From Crenarchaeota archaeon SCGC AAA471-B05 (lineage in GTDB: Archaea; Thermoproteota; Thermoprotei; Gearchaeales; Gearchaeaceae): DNA of 59,556 bases. A model generated the notes under the pieces. That model did not search any database, was not told the origin of the DNA, and was given only the letters and a program-made list of their open reading frames with translations. The stretch lies in assembly GCA_000380705.1 (NCBI GenBank), contig AQYM01000033.1, forward strand, positions 65,941 to 125,496, written 5' to 3'. Made by a program: the position numbers and the translations under genes. This document shows, in pieces, positions 59,501 to 59,556 of this stretch; position 1 is the stretch's first letter, and each line of letters opens with the position of its first letter.

Positions 59501-59556
59501 CTCCGAAGCTAAGTAATATCCCATCTGGTCTTTCTATTTCAATTACTTCCTTTACA
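56535..59556 (-). CDS. carB: Carbamoyl-phosphate synthase large subunit (N-terminus beyond window edge)
   Basis: The minus-strand frame stays open to base 59556 ([33 protein letters not shown] precedes the listed Met). Two ATP-grasp halves ([20 protein letters not shown] and [20 protein letters not shown]) and a C-terminal MGS-like domain. Confidence 0.93.
   Translation of the reverse strand, partial: [1006 protein letters not shown]

Noticed and set aside
1-59556. CRISPR arrays, cas genes, restriction-modification, toxin-antitoxin or other defence islands, transposases and integrases
   Set aside because: I saw no regularly spaced direct repeats and no ORF with the corresponding motifs. The window reads as a core-genome region.

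Overview
Dense, AT-rich (about 30% GC by eye) archaeal chromosomal segment. The four tRNA genes have almost fully G:C stems, which suggests a thermophile. Archaeal markers are ABCE1, Orc1/Cdc6, a PolD small-subunit homolog, a Sulfolobus-type ferredoxin and short or leaderless 5' regions. The content is mostly core metabolism. It includes an ABC-2 exporter, GdhA, a thiamine module (ykoEDC-type ECF importer, thiE, coaBC, HTH-ThiN ThiR-like regulator) and UDP-sugar/glycogen genes (nucleotidyltransferase, UDP-glucose dehydrogenase, GH57, compact GT35 phosphorylase). It also includes queE, H+-PPase, rpiA, a methionine module (short MTHFR-like plus split MetE) and a three-tRNA patch. The largest block is a purine/folate supercluster (purN-folD-purD-purF-purM-purC <> purH-folC-folP, MTHFS, purS-purL-purQ-purE). 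This supercluster ends at a predicted replication origin: two ORB-like boxes directly upstream of orc1/cdc6, followed by DUF99, the DP1 homolog and carB. I found no CRISPR array, intact mobile element, recognisable defence island or toxin-antitoxin pair, so I cannot point to a clear new multi-gene system. The observations most worth a second look are: (1) the DP1 homolog has substitutions in its phosphoesterase motifs; (2) the ORB pair defines an origin; (3) a statistically extreme 32-bp perfect inverted repeat forms a symmetric TATA-containing element in front of a small wHTH gene; (4) an LhgO-like gene is broken at an A9 tract; (5) GC-rich palindromes cluster in the divergent pur intergenic region; (6) PurS is a tandem fusion. 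All functional calls come from motif recognition by eye; no searches were run.
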